Source: Patescibacteria group bacterium (GTDB lineage Bacteria > Patescibacteriota > Patescibacteriia > 2-02-FULL-49-11). Taken from it: DNA of 64,000 nucleotides. The notes beneath the pieces were generated by a model. It had not been told where the DNA came from. It saw nothing but the letters and a program-made list of their open reading frames with translations, and did no database searches. Where the stretch lies: the NCBI GenBank assembly GCA_041645165.1, contig JBAZQN010000001.1, forward strand, positions 53,971-117,970, in the 5' to 3' direction. Below are positions 27,153 to 36,750 of this stretch, piece after piece; the stretch's first letter is position 1; each line of letters begins with the position of its first letter. A program made the translations under genes and the position numbers.

Positions 27153-28020
27153 TGCACGGAAATATGTCTAGAAACGTATTTGGCGTGGTATTATAAATTT
27201 TTACGCGCGGATGAGTCTGTTCCACTTTTGTAGAAAAGTGGCGGTAATTCTTAAAAAGTTGAAGTACGCTCACCATATATTTTTCATACGACATCTCGAC
27301 ATCGCGTTGCAGCCCCCGTTCTTGGATCGTTTTTATGTCTTTCGTGGGATCTATCTTCTTTTCGTCTTCGGTAGAATAGAAATGCGAGACTGTCTTGATT
27401 TTTCCTAATCCAGTGGGATTGGAGAGATAACTATGCTCGCACCCCAAGAGGTAAAGCTCCTCGAATCCCATATAGACAGCAGCGATCATGCAGGCGAGCA
27501 CCACATTTTTTGGATAGGGTACGGTTTTATCGAGACCAATATTGAAGGGAATTTTATCGCTAAAAATGCCATGATAGGAGATATATGTGATAGGATGATG
27601 GGAGAAAATATTTTTTTGTTCGATGAGAGGTCTTGCCTTTATGTTCAGCAGTAATCGGGTTGAGGGGCTGATGTTTTCTGTTTTATGCTTGAGATTTAAG
27701 CCCCAAAAGTCATCGTCTGATTTAGAAATGAAGTAAGTTGTGTCAGCAATGGCGTAAAATTTCGCATTAAGGTCACGGTAGCGCGGATGCTTGTCCATGT
27801 CGTTGACGGCAAAAGTATATTCGTCCTTGAGTTCTACAAGATCAAAATCTTTGATGGATGGGCCGGTGCCGAGGATAAAACAGCGTTTCCCTTTATGCGT
27901 ATCCCGCAGCGCTCTATTCTTGCGTATAATTCCGCGATAACGATAGTTGAGCGCATGCGGGTAGAGCACGTTTGTATATGCGTAGTGGAAAGGATATTTG
28001 AGTGCGTGAATGATATGCAT
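27127..28020 (-). CDS. DUF115/Maf-like (MptE-like fold) protein, putative nonulosonic-acid transferase
   Basis: CFILGTGPSIKDF (the GxGPS motif) plus AVYMGFEELYLLGCEH, typical of motility-accessory-factor/DUF115 proteins. The assignment is from memory of the family. Confidence 0.45.
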   Translation of the reverse strand: MHIIHALKYPFHYAYTNVLYPHALNYRYRGIIRKNRALRDTHKGKRCFILGTGPSIKDFDLVELKDEYTFAVNDMDKHPRYRDLNAKFYAIADTTYFISKSDDDFWGLNLKHKTENISPSTRLLLNIKARPLIEQKNIFSHHPITYISYHGIFSDKIPFNIGLDKTVPYPKNVVLACMIAAVYMGFEELYLLGCEHSYLSNPTGLGKIKTVSHFYSTEDEKKIDPTKDIKTIQERGLQRDVEMSYEKYMVSVLQLFKNYRHFSTKVEQTHPRVKIYNTTPNTFLDIFPCIDFDDIEF

Positions 28021-28029
28021 AAAGGATGA

Positions 28030-28989
28030 TTAGAGCGGATGTCCGCCGTTTATTTTTTCGTAGACGCTAAGAGCTTCGACTTGGTCATGGACAGTAGGGA
28101 GATCATACTGGTCATTGAGGAACGATTCCACCTGCCGGTAAATGCCTGGTTTGAAACGAGTGTCATAATCGTCGTCAAGCGGCACTTCCTCCTCTATCAC
28201 CGTTCCTTTCATTTGCGTTTTAAGGGTTTCTAAGGGACGGAGAACTATTTTTCGTTTGGTAGTTAGCGCTTCTACCCACCAGCGTCCGGCAGAATCCCAT
28301 GTGGCGTGATAAGAAAAGAGCGCTCCTTGTTCGCTTATGCCAGCGCCGGTGAAGCGCGCAGGACCATCGAGCCAGTCAAATCCTCCCGCGACAAAACTTT
28401 CCATTGTGTGCGGATGTCCGCAGAGAAAAAAGGCAAGGTCAATAAGGTGCGTGGAATTGGCGAGAAACCAGTGGTGGCCGGTGGGGGATAATTTCAATTG
28501 ATCCGAGATTTTATGCACCCATTCGGTGAATTCAAAATGGAACGCGGTTATACCGCCATCTTCTTTAATAAGTTCGCGCGCTTTGCGCGTTGACGCATAG
28601 AAGCGGCGATTGTAGGCGATATAGGTTTTTGATCCTGTTGCCTTTGTTTTCTCTGCGACTGCTTCAATGTCGCTGCGGATAAGCCCACCTGGTTTTTCAA
28701 TGAGCAGAGAACGTGTTCCATAATCCATAAGCGCAATCGCAGAGGGTGAGAGCTGATCTTCGTTTGTGCATATAATAGCTGTTTTAGGGGCGTTTTGATT
28801 GGTTTTAAGCCAAGTTTCCAATCCTCCGCTTACTGTGGGGACCTGGTGCATTGTTTCAAATTCTTTAGCGTGCTGCTCTCCGCGGCCCACGGCGATAAAA
28901 GGCAGGTGCATAGCCTGAAGCACTTTTGCGTACTCATTTCCCATATAACCAGTACCGACGAGGAGGATAGGATCTTGCATAAGGCGCAT
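28030..28989 (-). CDS. Gfo/Idh/MocA-family NAD(P)-dependent oxidoreductase
   Basis: N-terminal Rossmann segment ILLVGTGYMGNEYAKVL...IEKP. Confidence 0.6.
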   Translation of the reverse strand: MRLMQDPILLVGTGYMGNEYAKVLQAMHLPFIAVGRGEQHAKEFETMHQVPTVSGGLETWLKTNQNAPKTAIICTNEDQLSPSAIALMDYGTRSLLIEKPGGLIRSDIEAVAEKTKATGSKTYIAYNRRFYASTRKARELIKEDGGITAFHFEFTEWVHKISDQLKLSPTGHHWFLANSTHLIDLAFFLCGHPHTMESFVAGGFDWLDGPARFTGAGISEQGALFSYHATWDSAGRWWVEALTTKRKIVLRPLETLKTQMKGTVIEEEVPLDDDYDTRFKPGIYRQVESFLNDQYDLPTVHDQVEALSVYEKINGGHPL

Positions 28990-29942
28990 TAGGTAAAAGG
29001 ATAATGATCCAGATTTAATAATTTTCGGATCGGTTCATAGAGTTGGAGATGGAGACGCATGGACTCGGCGTACGGCGTGAGCTGACAATCGCCGTTATGC
29101 AAAATATCTTCAATGACCGGTGCGGTAAGCTGGCTTTGGTAGGGAATGACTGCTTCGTGTTCTATCCATTTCCAGTCTTGTTGAGGCGTTGCCATCCACA
29201 TTTTTCGCTCATTTTCGCGTATAATAACGCGCGCCTGTGGATTGCTTATCGTAATCATAATCGGCGCGCTGTCCTCTAAGAAATGAGAGAATACGCCTAG
29301 ACTGCCATCTTGAAATGTTACCGTCAGCGTTCCATTGAGCTCGAAAAACCCCAGACGTTTACTGGGGATGAGCTTATTGTCCAGCAGATCGGTAGAAACG
29401 GTAAATTCGCGGCAGTCATTGAGATATGACAAATGATCGACGAAATGAATGGCGTTGCACGCGAGGCCCCAGTTTGCCCCGCTTACATGATAATAGAGCC
29501 TGTCGCCTCGTAGTAATTTTTTACAATCGCGATACGCGGGCATGACGCGCATGGGGCAGTTTACCCACGCTTTGATATTGAGCGCATTTAATTTTTTTTG
29601 CGCCGCGTCGTAATCGTCCGGCCGATTAAAGAGGATTTTCTCGAGAAGCAAATAACGCACATGGGCGCGGGCAAGCAGCTCTTCAAGCGCCTGTTTTCTC
29701 ACCGCGGAGGATGTGGCAATGATCGCGACGTCAATATCGGGAAGAGATGCCGGCAGCGTGTTCACGAAATTTATTTCATGCGGTGCGGCGCCATCCACGC
29801 TGTCACATCGTTCTTTCGCCGTTTTTAACGATTCGGAGGACGGATCAACCACAATGATCTGCAGCGGCAGCGATACCGTTTTAAGGGATTGAAGATGCCG
29901 GCTGCCTATATTCCCGGCACCAATAAGTATAATATTTTTCAT
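28989..29942 (-). CDS. Gfo/Idh/MocA-family NAD(P)-dependent oxidoreductase
   Basis: MKNIILIGAGNIGSRHLQSL...LLEKI. ORF-track start at 30017; ATG 29942 gives a 4-nt overlap with the upstream gene, suggesting coupling. Confidence 0.6.
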   Translation of the reverse strand: MKNIILIGAGNIGSRHLQSLKTVSLPLQIIVVDPSSESLKTAKERCDSVDGAAPHEINFVNTLPASLPDIDVAIIATSSAVRKQALEELLARAHVRYLLLEKILFNRPDDYDAAQKKLNALNIKAWVNCPMRVMPAYRDCKKLLRGDRLYYHVSGANWGLACNAIHFVDHLSYLNDCREFTVSTDLLDNKLIPSKRLGFFELNGTLTVTFQDGSLGVFSHFLEDSAPIMITISNPQARVIIRENERKMWMATPQQDWKWIEHEAVIPYQSQLTAPVIEDILHNGDCQLTPYAESMRLHLQLYEPIRKLLNLDHYPFT

Positions 29943-31861
29943 AGGGCATTGGCATTGACAGCCTTTTTGTTTTGCTCCGCCAGGATTTGCAGAAACGAAT
30001 GTTCCGCTTTTTCCCAATCTTCCGGCGTGTCAATGTCGAGAGAGTATTTTCCATCCATCACGTATGCCCGCACCTGTTTGCCGTAGAGTGAGGGTTCAGA
30101 ATTAAGCAAGAGCTCGGTCTTTAAGGCATAGATCGCCCCGTTGCGATAATATGTTTTTGGCAATTCCTGGCGTCGTGGCACAATGCCAGATACCGGCTGG
30201 TCCGTATAAAGTTTAAGCATATTCGTGTCCTGCATGACAAACTGCCAATGGGGGTTAAAATGTCCCGGCACTTCGGTGACGCTCACCACTGAGTCGGCCC
30301 CGGATGTGAGCAAGAGTTCTATTGCTTCGCGGATATGATAATGCATCCTGCCGGGTGAAGTTGGTTCCAGCAGGACGACATAGGCAGGCAAATAGCCCTG
30401 ATTTTCTTTTAGCCACTGAATTGCGTGTTGGAGCACGGCAAGGGACGGGGTATGATCTTGTGCCAGCGCAGTTGGGCGCAGGAAGGGCACGTCCGCGCCC
30501 GCGTGCCGGCCAATATCGGCAATTTCCGCGTCATCGGTGGAGAGGATTAGACGGTCGAGTTTCCCCGATCGCACGCAGGCGTCGATTGTCCAGGCAAGGA
30601 GCGGTTTGTCGCAGAATAGTTTGATATTTTTTCGGGGGATTGATTTAGATCCGCCGCGCGCCGGCACGATTCCTAAAATTTCCGATTTTGGCTGGGAATG
30701 CGTCGAGATATTAAAATCTCTGAATTGTTTTTGGATCCCTGTTTGCCAGATGCGATCCGAGCGCAATTCGGTCAAAAATCGTTCCGTACTTTTGCCGTCA
30801 CCGAAATGGTTATTAGGCGGGAATCTGGTGAGCTGGGAAAATTTCCGAATATGATCAAGAATCGTTTCATGGTGGTAATCGCAATGGAATATACTCGCGT
30901 GCGTGTCAGGAGGGATTCGGTTTGCCTGGCGTGAACCTATGTTGATAGTAGGTACGCCGAAAAACGGAGCCTCCCGTATGCCAGCGCTGGAATTGCCAAT
31001 TATAAAAAGCGCGTTTTGCAGAAACGTAAGGTAATGCTCAAACCGCATGGAAGGGAAGATGCGGAAGCGGGGATGGGCCATGATTTTTTCCCGATAGACG
31101 CTTAAGATCAGATCATTTCCGTGATCATTATTAGGATAGATTACAATGTAATGCAAGCCAGAAGCGATGAGAGCATCAACCAGTTTTTCTGTTTGCTCAG
31201 GAATGCGATGGAGTTCAGTGGTAACGGGATGATGCCCCAGAATGGCATATTCGGAAAAAGGTATTTCGTATCGCTGTTTCGCCTCTGTGAGCGTAGGGAG
31301 ATCGGGCGAGCTCATGATGTCAAGATCAGGAGAACCAATGATGTAAATATGGCGTTCGTCTTCGCCTAGCTGTTGCAAGCGGCGTTTTGCTTCGGTATTG
31401 GAGACAAAATGGATATGGGCGAGTTTACTTATGGCATGGCGGATAATTTCATCCACTGTGCCGGAAATCTCGCCGCCTTCGATGTGGGCGACGAGGATAT
31501 TATTGAGCGCGCCGACAATCGCGCCGGCAAGCGCTTCCACGCGATCGCCGTGGATGACGATCATGTCCGGCTTGAAAAGCTTCACGTAGTTACCAATTCC
31601 TTCAATAGTATGCGCGAGAATCGTGTCCATGGTGCCATGTTCGGCATCGTTAATGTATTGATAGACATGCGGAAAGCCGAGTTTCAAGATTTCTTCGCCG
31701 GTGTATCCGTATTTTTCGCTCATGTGCATTCCCGTGACAAAGACGGATACGTCGAATAAATCCAGTTTGATAATTTCCTGAATCAGCGGCTTGATTTTTC
31801 CGAATTCTGCTCGCGTGCCGGTGAGATAGACGATTTTACGTTTCATACAAAATACTCCCAC
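29939..31861 (-). CDS. neuCA: bifunctional UDP-N-acetylglucosamine 2-epimerase (hydrolysing, NeuC/LegG-like) / CMP-nonulosonate cytidylyltransferase (NeuA-like) fusion
   Basis: N-terminus KIVYLTGTRAEFGKIKPL...VTGMHMS (NeuC). C-terminus ILGIVPARGGSKSIPRKNIKLFCDKPLL (NeuA/CMP-KDO-synthetase-like). Confidence 0.8.
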   Translation of the reverse strand: MGVFCMKRKIVYLTGTRAEFGKIKPLIQEIIKLDLFDVSVFVTGMHMSEKYGYTGEEILKLGFPHVYQYINDAEHGTMDTILAHTIEGIGNYVKLFKPDMIVIHGDRVEALAGAIVGALNNILVAHIEGGEISGTVDEIIRHAISKLAHIHFVSNTEAKRRLQQLGEDERHIYIIGSPDLDIMSSPDLPTLTEAKQRYEIPFSEYAILGHHPVTTELHRIPEQTEKLVDALIASGLHYIVIYPNNDHGNDLILSVYREKIMAHPRFRIFPSMRFEHYLTFLQNALFIIGNSSAGIREAPFFGVPTINIGSRQANRIPPDTHASIFHCDYHHETILDHIRKFSQLTRFPPNNHFGDGKSTERFLTELRSDRIWQTGIQKQFRDFNISTHSQPKSEILGIVPARGGSKSIPRKNIKLFCDKPLLAWTIDACVRSGKLDRLILSTDDAEIADIGRHAGADVPFLRPTALAQDHTPSLAVLQHAIQWLKENQGYLPAYVVLLEPTSPGRMHYHIREAIELLLTSGADSVVSVTEVPGHFNPHWQFVMQDTNMLKLYTDQPVSGIVPRRQELPKTYYRNGAIYALKTELLLNSEPSLYGKQVRAYVMDGKYSLDIDTPEDWEKAEHSFLQILAEQNKKAVNANAL

Positions 31862-32883
31862 TTTAACTGCATATCTTCCTCTAGATTAACGATTGCATTT
31901 TTACCTATTATACGGAAGAAGTCAACTGCTTTAATCTCTCCTGTGCCGGGACGTTTGACCCAGATGTTTCCGTAGTTCAGTTGCTCTCCTTGTTTAATTG
32001 GTTTAATGGTCACGACGCTCGCGTATGCAAAATCGATCGTCGGTTGCTCATCGGGAAGAATTGTCTTCTCTCCTCCGCGCGCTTCAAAGATTGCACGGCT
32101 GCCATGAATAAGCTCTTTAAGCTCTTTTAAGTCCATAGATAGAGGGATGTCAGGCCCTGGCCATGTTTTATCAGAGGTAAAATGCCTTTCTAAAATAGAC
32201 GCGCCAAGCGCGGTCGCGCCGTAGCATGCATAATTGCCGATAGAATGGTCGCTTAATCCAAGCACCGCATCAGGGAACGCTTCGCAAAGCTGCGCCAGCG
32301 CGCCAAGGCGTATTTGAGGGTAGGGAGTGGGGTAGAGGGAAGTGCAGTGCATGAGCGCATAAGGTACGCTCCGTGCGCGGAAAATGTCAACTGCGCGCAC
32401 TATGGATGAAATATCATTCATCCCGGTGCTCAAGATGATGGGTTTTCCAAATGAAGCAATATGGTCTATGAGAGGGTAATTATTGCATTCTCCAGAGCCT
32501 ATTTTATAGGCAACCACCCCCATCCGTTCCAGGCGGTCGGCAGCCGCGCGGGAAAATGGTGTGGAGAGATAGATCATTCCGAGCGATTCAGTGAGGCGCT
32601 TCAATTCCCCGTCTTGTTCTGCAGTGAGCGCACAGCGGGCCATAATATCCCAGATGGATTCTTTTGCATTGCCGGGTATGGTTTGTTTGGCTGCCGGCAC
32701 CATTTCGTCTTCAATGACGTGGCATTGAAATTTTACAATTTCAGCGTCGGCGAGGCGCGCGTCTAACACCATGCGTTTCGCTTTTGTGAAGTCGCCTTCA
32801 TGGTTGATGCCAATCTCCGGGATAACGAGGGGAGGGCAATCAAGTCCTATATTCCTACTGCCGATTTGTATAAATGGATTCAT
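31843..32883 (-). CDS. neuB: N-acetylneuraminate/legionaminate/pseudaminate synthase (NeuB family) with C-terminal SAF domain
   Basis: VIPEIGINHEGDFTKAKRMVLDA...IVKFQC. C-terminal SAF: VTIKPIKQGEQLNYGNIWVKRPGTGEI. Confidence 0.85.
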   Translation of the reverse strand: MNPFIQIGSRNIGLDCPPLVIPEIGINHEGDFTKAKRMVLDARLADAEIVKFQCHVIEDEMVPAAKQTIPGNAKESIWDIMARCALTAEQDGELKRLTESLGMIYLSTPFSRAAADRLERMGVVAYKIGSGECNNYPLIDHIASFGKPIILSTGMNDISSIVRAVDIFRARSVPYALMHCTSLYPTPYPQIRLGALAQLCEAFPDAVLGLSDHSIGNYACYGATALGASILERHFTSDKTWPGPDIPLSMDLKELKELIHGSRAIFEARGGEKTILPDEQPTIDFAYASVVTIKPIKQGEQLNYGNIWVKRPGTGEIKAVDFFRIIGKNAIVNLEEDMQLKWEYFV

Positions 32884-32896
32884 AACTTCACATCAG

Positions 32897-33020
32897 TAAT
32901 TTTCAATTTTCAAGCATCAATGTTCAAATAATTTTTAATGACCCAATGTTCAATGTTTGAAAATTGTTTCATTGGAGCATTAAATGAAAATTGGAAATTG
33001 ATTATTGAAAATTAACCAAT
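32897..33020. repeat. family C AT-rich palindromic repeat (copy 3)
   Basis: taattttcaattttcaagcatcaatg...tttgaaaattg. It is the inverted counterpart of copy 4 at 34003-34125. Confidence 0.65.
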
Positions 33021-34001
33021 CTTTTTAAACATTACTCTCATATGATTGCTCAATCCTTGTTTATCGATAATCGCCTGCATGACCGGGATGAAGTCCCGTA
33101 ATCGTTCATGGTAGTCAAATCCATCCTCGTATTGTTTCTTGTACAGGTAGTCCATCACATCGAGGCCATAATAGTCAAGGGAATGAATTATAAAGCCGGT
33201 CTTGTGTGCGAGAAACTCAAGCGACATGCGGTCAAAAAAACACAAATGTTGGAAAGGAAGAAGAGTATTTTGTTCGCCCTGCATAAGATAGTAAGCGAGG
33301 GAATGCACATGGGGAGTGTAGGCGAGCACGTAGCCTCCGGGCATAAGCTTTTCATTGAGCGCAGTAAACGTGGCGGCGGGATCAGTCAAATGCTCTAGCA
33401 CATCGAACATGGTGATGATATTGTAGCCCTTGATAGGCTCATTTTCCAGCTGGACCTCTTCCACATGAAGCCCGCGTTTCTTGCAGATTTCAACGAGAAA
33501 ACGAGCGAGTTCTATTCCCTTATAGGCGATGCCTTGATCCTTGAGGTAATCGATAAAATAACCAGGGCCGCAGCCAAGGTCGAGTATTTTCATCGCTCTG
33601 CGGGGAATATCGGAAATTTTTTCTTCAATATATTTCATGCGTTCCGGCGCATAGGTTTGTTTCCGGTACTCGTAGGTATCAATAATTTCTCTCGTGGTAT
33701 CTTTTACATAGGCGTCATCATCATAGATTTCAATTTTTTTCAGCGCTTCCCATTTTATAAGAGGAGATACCAAGTGGCATTGGGCGCACTCAAACAGTTG
33801 GTATTCTCGATAGGACAGGTACGCAAACCCTTCCTTGCCCGCGCAGAGCGGGCAGGAAAACTGGTCAGGAGACAGGCAGGCATCTTTGCATTGATCCATT
33901 ATTTTATGCCTATATTCGAGCATGTTCTTGAAGAAGTCCTTGCTCCTTAATTTTTTTGGATCGATGTCGAAGATTTTATAGTCTTTCAGGATATCGCGCA
34001 T
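33012..34001 (-). CDS. SAM-dependent methyltransferase with N-terminal Cys4 zinc-ribbon (sugar C/O-methyltransferase-like)
   Basis: CPLC...CAQC then ILDLGCGPGYF. Architecture as in TylC3/TcaB9-type sugar methyltransferases. Flanked by inverted family C repeats. Confidence 0.65.
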   Translation of the reverse strand: MRDILKDYKIFDIDPKKLRSKDFFKNMLEYRHKIMDQCKDACLSPDQFSCPLCAGKEGFAYLSYREYQLFECAQCHLVSPLIKWEALKKIEIYDDDAYVKDTTREIIDTYEYRKQTYAPERMKYIEEKISDIPRRAMKILDLGCGPGYFIDYLKDQGIAYKGIELARFLVEICKKRGLHVEEVQLENEPIKGYNIITMFDVLEHLTDPAATFTALNEKLMPGGYVLAYTPHVHSLAYYLMQGEQNTLLPFQHLCFFDRMSLEFLAHKTGFIIHSLDYYGLDVMDYLYKKQYEDGFDYHERLRDFIPVMQAIIDKQGLSNHMRVMFKKIG

Positions 34002-34002
34002 A

Positions 34003-34125
34003 CCAATTGATAATTTTCAATTTTCAAATACCAATTTTCAAATAATTTCCAATGACCTAATTTCCAAACGTTTGAAAATTGAGAATTGATGCATTGATTG
34101 AAAATTGAGCATTGAAAATTACTGA
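34003..34125. repeat. family C AT-rich palindromic repeat (copy 4, inverted relative to copy 3)
   Basis: Reverse complement begins cagtaattttcaatgctcaattttcaatcaatgcatcaat, matching copy 3. Confidence 0.65.
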
Positions 34126-35345
34126 ATCTGATGTTTAAGTATCCACTCACCGCCTTTTTGTTCCCATAGGTGCGGCGTGCGGAAATAGTTGACGCGTTCC
34201 CAAAATCGCTCTTCCGCAATGCCTGTGTATTCCAGAAATTCCTTGAAATATTGATGAGGGAATTCTTGGTCAAACCGATGGACTAAAGCCACGCCTTCCT
34301 CGCGCGTAATTTTTCCATTCCTGATTTCCTGCGCGGCGTCATATGTCGCGCGCCCGATGCCGAACTTGATGAGCGTGGTGTAGTAATGGAAGGGATCGAT
34401 CTTGTCGTCAATGCTTGAATATTTGGAATAACTTCCTTCAGTGCGTTCTTTATTCGCCACGAATCCGGTGTGTTCTGCGGAATAATAAAAATTTTCCTGC
34501 GGATCCCATTTTAAATAGTAGCCGAGATAGTGGACCTGTATGCCCGCTTCCTTAATTTTATTTTTTGCCTCTGGGAGATATGGATTGAGATCATTTATGG
34601 ACACCGCGTGTTCTTTTATCAGGTCGCTTGCACGGACGCCGCCTAAAAAGAGATTATCGAAATTAATATCCAGGGCAAAAAAATCTTCTTTCATTACGGG
34701 GACGTCATTTTCTTTGATATTATTGCCGTATTCAGCCTGGTTTTCCCCGTAAAATACGAGGGGTATATGATACATCGCCGCGAATTTCGGTCCGATGTGG
34801 CGCTGTCCGATGATGAAAGGCTGGAAAGGATGGAGTAGGTTTTCAAATGCAAATTTAGTCAAGAGACGGTGTACGTGGCCGTTGGGGGTAAAGAGGATAT
34901 TGTCAAATCCTCCCACATGGCTCCAGTTCGTGAAATTTTGCCAACCGGTTTCGGTATAAAGATGGGGAGCCCAGGTTACCGTGAGCGGGTTCATGCCATA
35001 CTTATATTTCAGCACATGGGCAGTGAAGCCGCTGTCTTTGCCGCCCGAACCGGGCACGATGCAATCATAGCGGCCATCCTTGCTGCGATATTTGTCGCAA
35101 AGCGCGATAAGCTCTTTTTCACGCGCAATCCAATCTATCGTATTGTCTTTCATCCACGCATACTGGCACGCGCTGCAGACTCCTTGCTGATTGAATTCAA
35201 TAGTGGCCTTGCGCTCTTCTTTATTGGATTTGAATTCCACCGTGGAGCTGGGGCGCTGATTGGAGATTACGCATCGGGTGCAAAACTTGACGGTCAACGG
35301 GAGGCCATAACGGCCATATCCCGAATCTGAAATGGTATTTGTCAT
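34119..35345 (-). CDS. N-acetyl sugar amidotransferase (PP-loop ATPase; WbuX/PseA/LfnA family)
   Basis: PP-loop DCIVPGSGGKDSGFTAHVL. ORF-track start at 35423; ATG 35345 (MTNTISD) gives a 4-nt overlap with the hisH-like gene. Confidence 0.75.
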   Translation of the reverse strand: MTNTISDSGYGRYGLPLTVKFCTRCVISNQRPSSTVEFKSNKEERKATIEFNQQGVCSACQYAWMKDNTIDWIAREKELIALCDKYRSKDGRYDCIVPGSGGKDSGFTAHVLKYKYGMNPLTVTWAPHLYTETGWQNFTNWSHVGGFDNILFTPNGHVHRLLTKFAFENLLHPFQPFIIGQRHIGPKFAAMYHIPLVFYGENQAEYGNNIKENDVPVMKEDFFALDINFDNLFLGGVRASDLIKEHAVSINDLNPYLPEAKNKIKEAGIQVHYLGYYLKWDPQENFYYSAEHTGFVANKERTEGSYSKYSSIDDKIDPFHYYTTLIKFGIGRATYDAAQEIRNGKITREEGVALVHRFDQEFPHQYFKEFLEYTGIAEERFWERVNYFRTPHLWEQKGGEWILKHQIQ

Positions 35346-35977
35346 AGCGACGGTATAAGTCGGATAAAATTCTCGATAATGCGCAATCCCGCGTTGCCGC
35401 TCTTCTCGGGGTGGAATTGGCATCCGTATACGTTATCCATCCTGACTGCTGAACAGAATTTCATGCCGCCATATTCGGTCACGGCGAGGATATGATCAGG
35501 ATTTTCAGGATTCAGAATATATGAATGCACAAAATATACGTGCGTTCTTTGAGGTATGCCATCAAGAATTGTATTTTTCCACGAACCATCACCGGGCGCA
35601 ATGGGACTCCAATTGATATGGGGCACTTTAGCGCCTGGCGCAAGGGGAGGGAATTTTTCAACGTTCCCGGGAATAATCCCAAGTCCATCCCAGGCGCCGA
35701 ATTCAAATCCTTTTGAGAGGAGAATTTGCGCGCCCAGGCAGATGCCGAGCACGGGTATGCCCTGGCGGATGCGGGATAAAAGCGGCTCCCTCAGCCCGCG
35801 CACCCGCAGGCCTTCCATGCCCGCGTGAAATGCGCCATCACCCGGAAGCACGAGCGCGTCTGCATTCAAAAGCTCATCTGCTTCTTCGGTGAGTGAAGCG
35901 TTTGCATATTTTTTCAGCGCCTTATGGAGGCTGTAAAGATTGCCTACGCCGTAATCTACGATAGAAACATTTTTCAT
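35342..35977 (-). CDS. imidazole glycerol phosphate synthase HisH-like glutamine amidotransferase subunit (WbuY-like)
   Basis: VSIVDYGVGNLYSL, with the catalytic Cys in GICLGAQIL and a HPE C-terminus. Start set at MKNVSIV, giving a 4-nt overlap with the hisF-like gene. Confidence 0.8.
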   Translation of the reverse strand: MKNVSIVDYGVGNLYSLHKALKKYANASLTEEADELLNADALVLPGDGAFHAGMEGLRVRGLREPLLSRIRQGIPVLGICLGAQILLSKGFEFGAWDGLGIIPGNVEKFPPLAPGAKVPHINWSPIAPGDGSWKNTILDGIPQRTHVYFVHSYILNPENPDHILAVTEYGGMKFCSAVRMDNVYGCQFHPEKSGNAGLRIIENFIRLIPSL

Positions 35978-36747
35978 AAGTCCAATATATCGTTCCGCGT
36001 AGGGATATGGCACAAACCCAGATATTGTTTTACTTCTTGTATCGCGGCATCGCCGTAATGGAGCATTGAAGCAAATGCAAGCGCGTCTGGGTTTGCGGCT
36101 TTAATGGCATCGGCCATCGAAGCGAGCGAGCCCGCGCCGCCGTGGGCAATGATGGGAATGGGCGCAAAGGCGGTGACCGCGCGGATTAGCTCAAGGTCAA
36201 ATCCTTTCTTGGTCCCTTCCTTATCAATTGAGGTAAGGACAATTTCACCCGCACCCATTGCGATTGCCTTTTTTGCCCACGCTACCGCATCGATGCCGGT
36301 CCTTTCTCTCCCGCCGTCAGTGTAGGCTTCCCAATGGTCTTCATTCATTTTTTTTGCTTCAATTGAAATGACTACGCATTGCGCGCCAAAAGTATTCACC
36401 GCATCTGAGATAAATTCTGGGTTGTGAATCGCGAAGGTATTGATTGCCACCTTGTCAGCGCCTGCGCGCAGCGCTTGGCGCATATCATTAATCGATCGGA
36501 TGCCACCTCCCACGGTGATGGGAATAAAGATATCATCGGCGACAGATTTCAGCAGTTCAAAATCGATATTGCGTTGGTAGAGGCTCGCCACTATATCCAT
36601 GTACATCAGCTCATCCGCCCCTTGTGCGCAGTAGCGTAAGGCTAGCTCCCGCGGTTTCCCGACGACACGCAACCCTTCCATATGGATGCCCTTCACTACG
36701 TTGGGACCTTTTATATCAAGACGAGGGATGATGCGGATATTAGGCAT
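35974..36747 (-). CDS. HisF-like cyclase subunit (WbuZ-like)
   Basis: IIPRLDIKGPNVVKG...ADELMYMDI...GGGIRS, a TIM barrel. Confidence 0.8.
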   Translation of the reverse strand: MPNIRIIPRLDIKGPNVVKGIHMEGLRVVGKPRELALRYCAQGADELMYMDIVASLYQRNIDFELLKSVADDIFIPITVGGGIRSINDMRQALRAGADKVAINTFAIHNPEFISDAVNTFGAQCVVISIEAKKMNEDHWEAYTDGGRERTGIDAVAWAKKAIAMGAGEIVLTSIDKEGTKKGFDLELIRAVTAFAPIPIIAHGGAGSLASMADAIKAANPDALAFASMLHYGDAAIQEVKQYLGLCHIPTRNDILDL

Positions 36748-36750
36748 AGA

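Noticed and set aside
28989-30017. 79-nt overlap between the oxidoreductase ORF and the neuCA gene
   Set aside because: The overlap disappears if the oxidoreductase starts at ATG 29942 (MKNIILIGAGNIG, the Rossmann N-terminus), leaving a 4-nt ATGA-type overlap. The long upstream extension is not supported.
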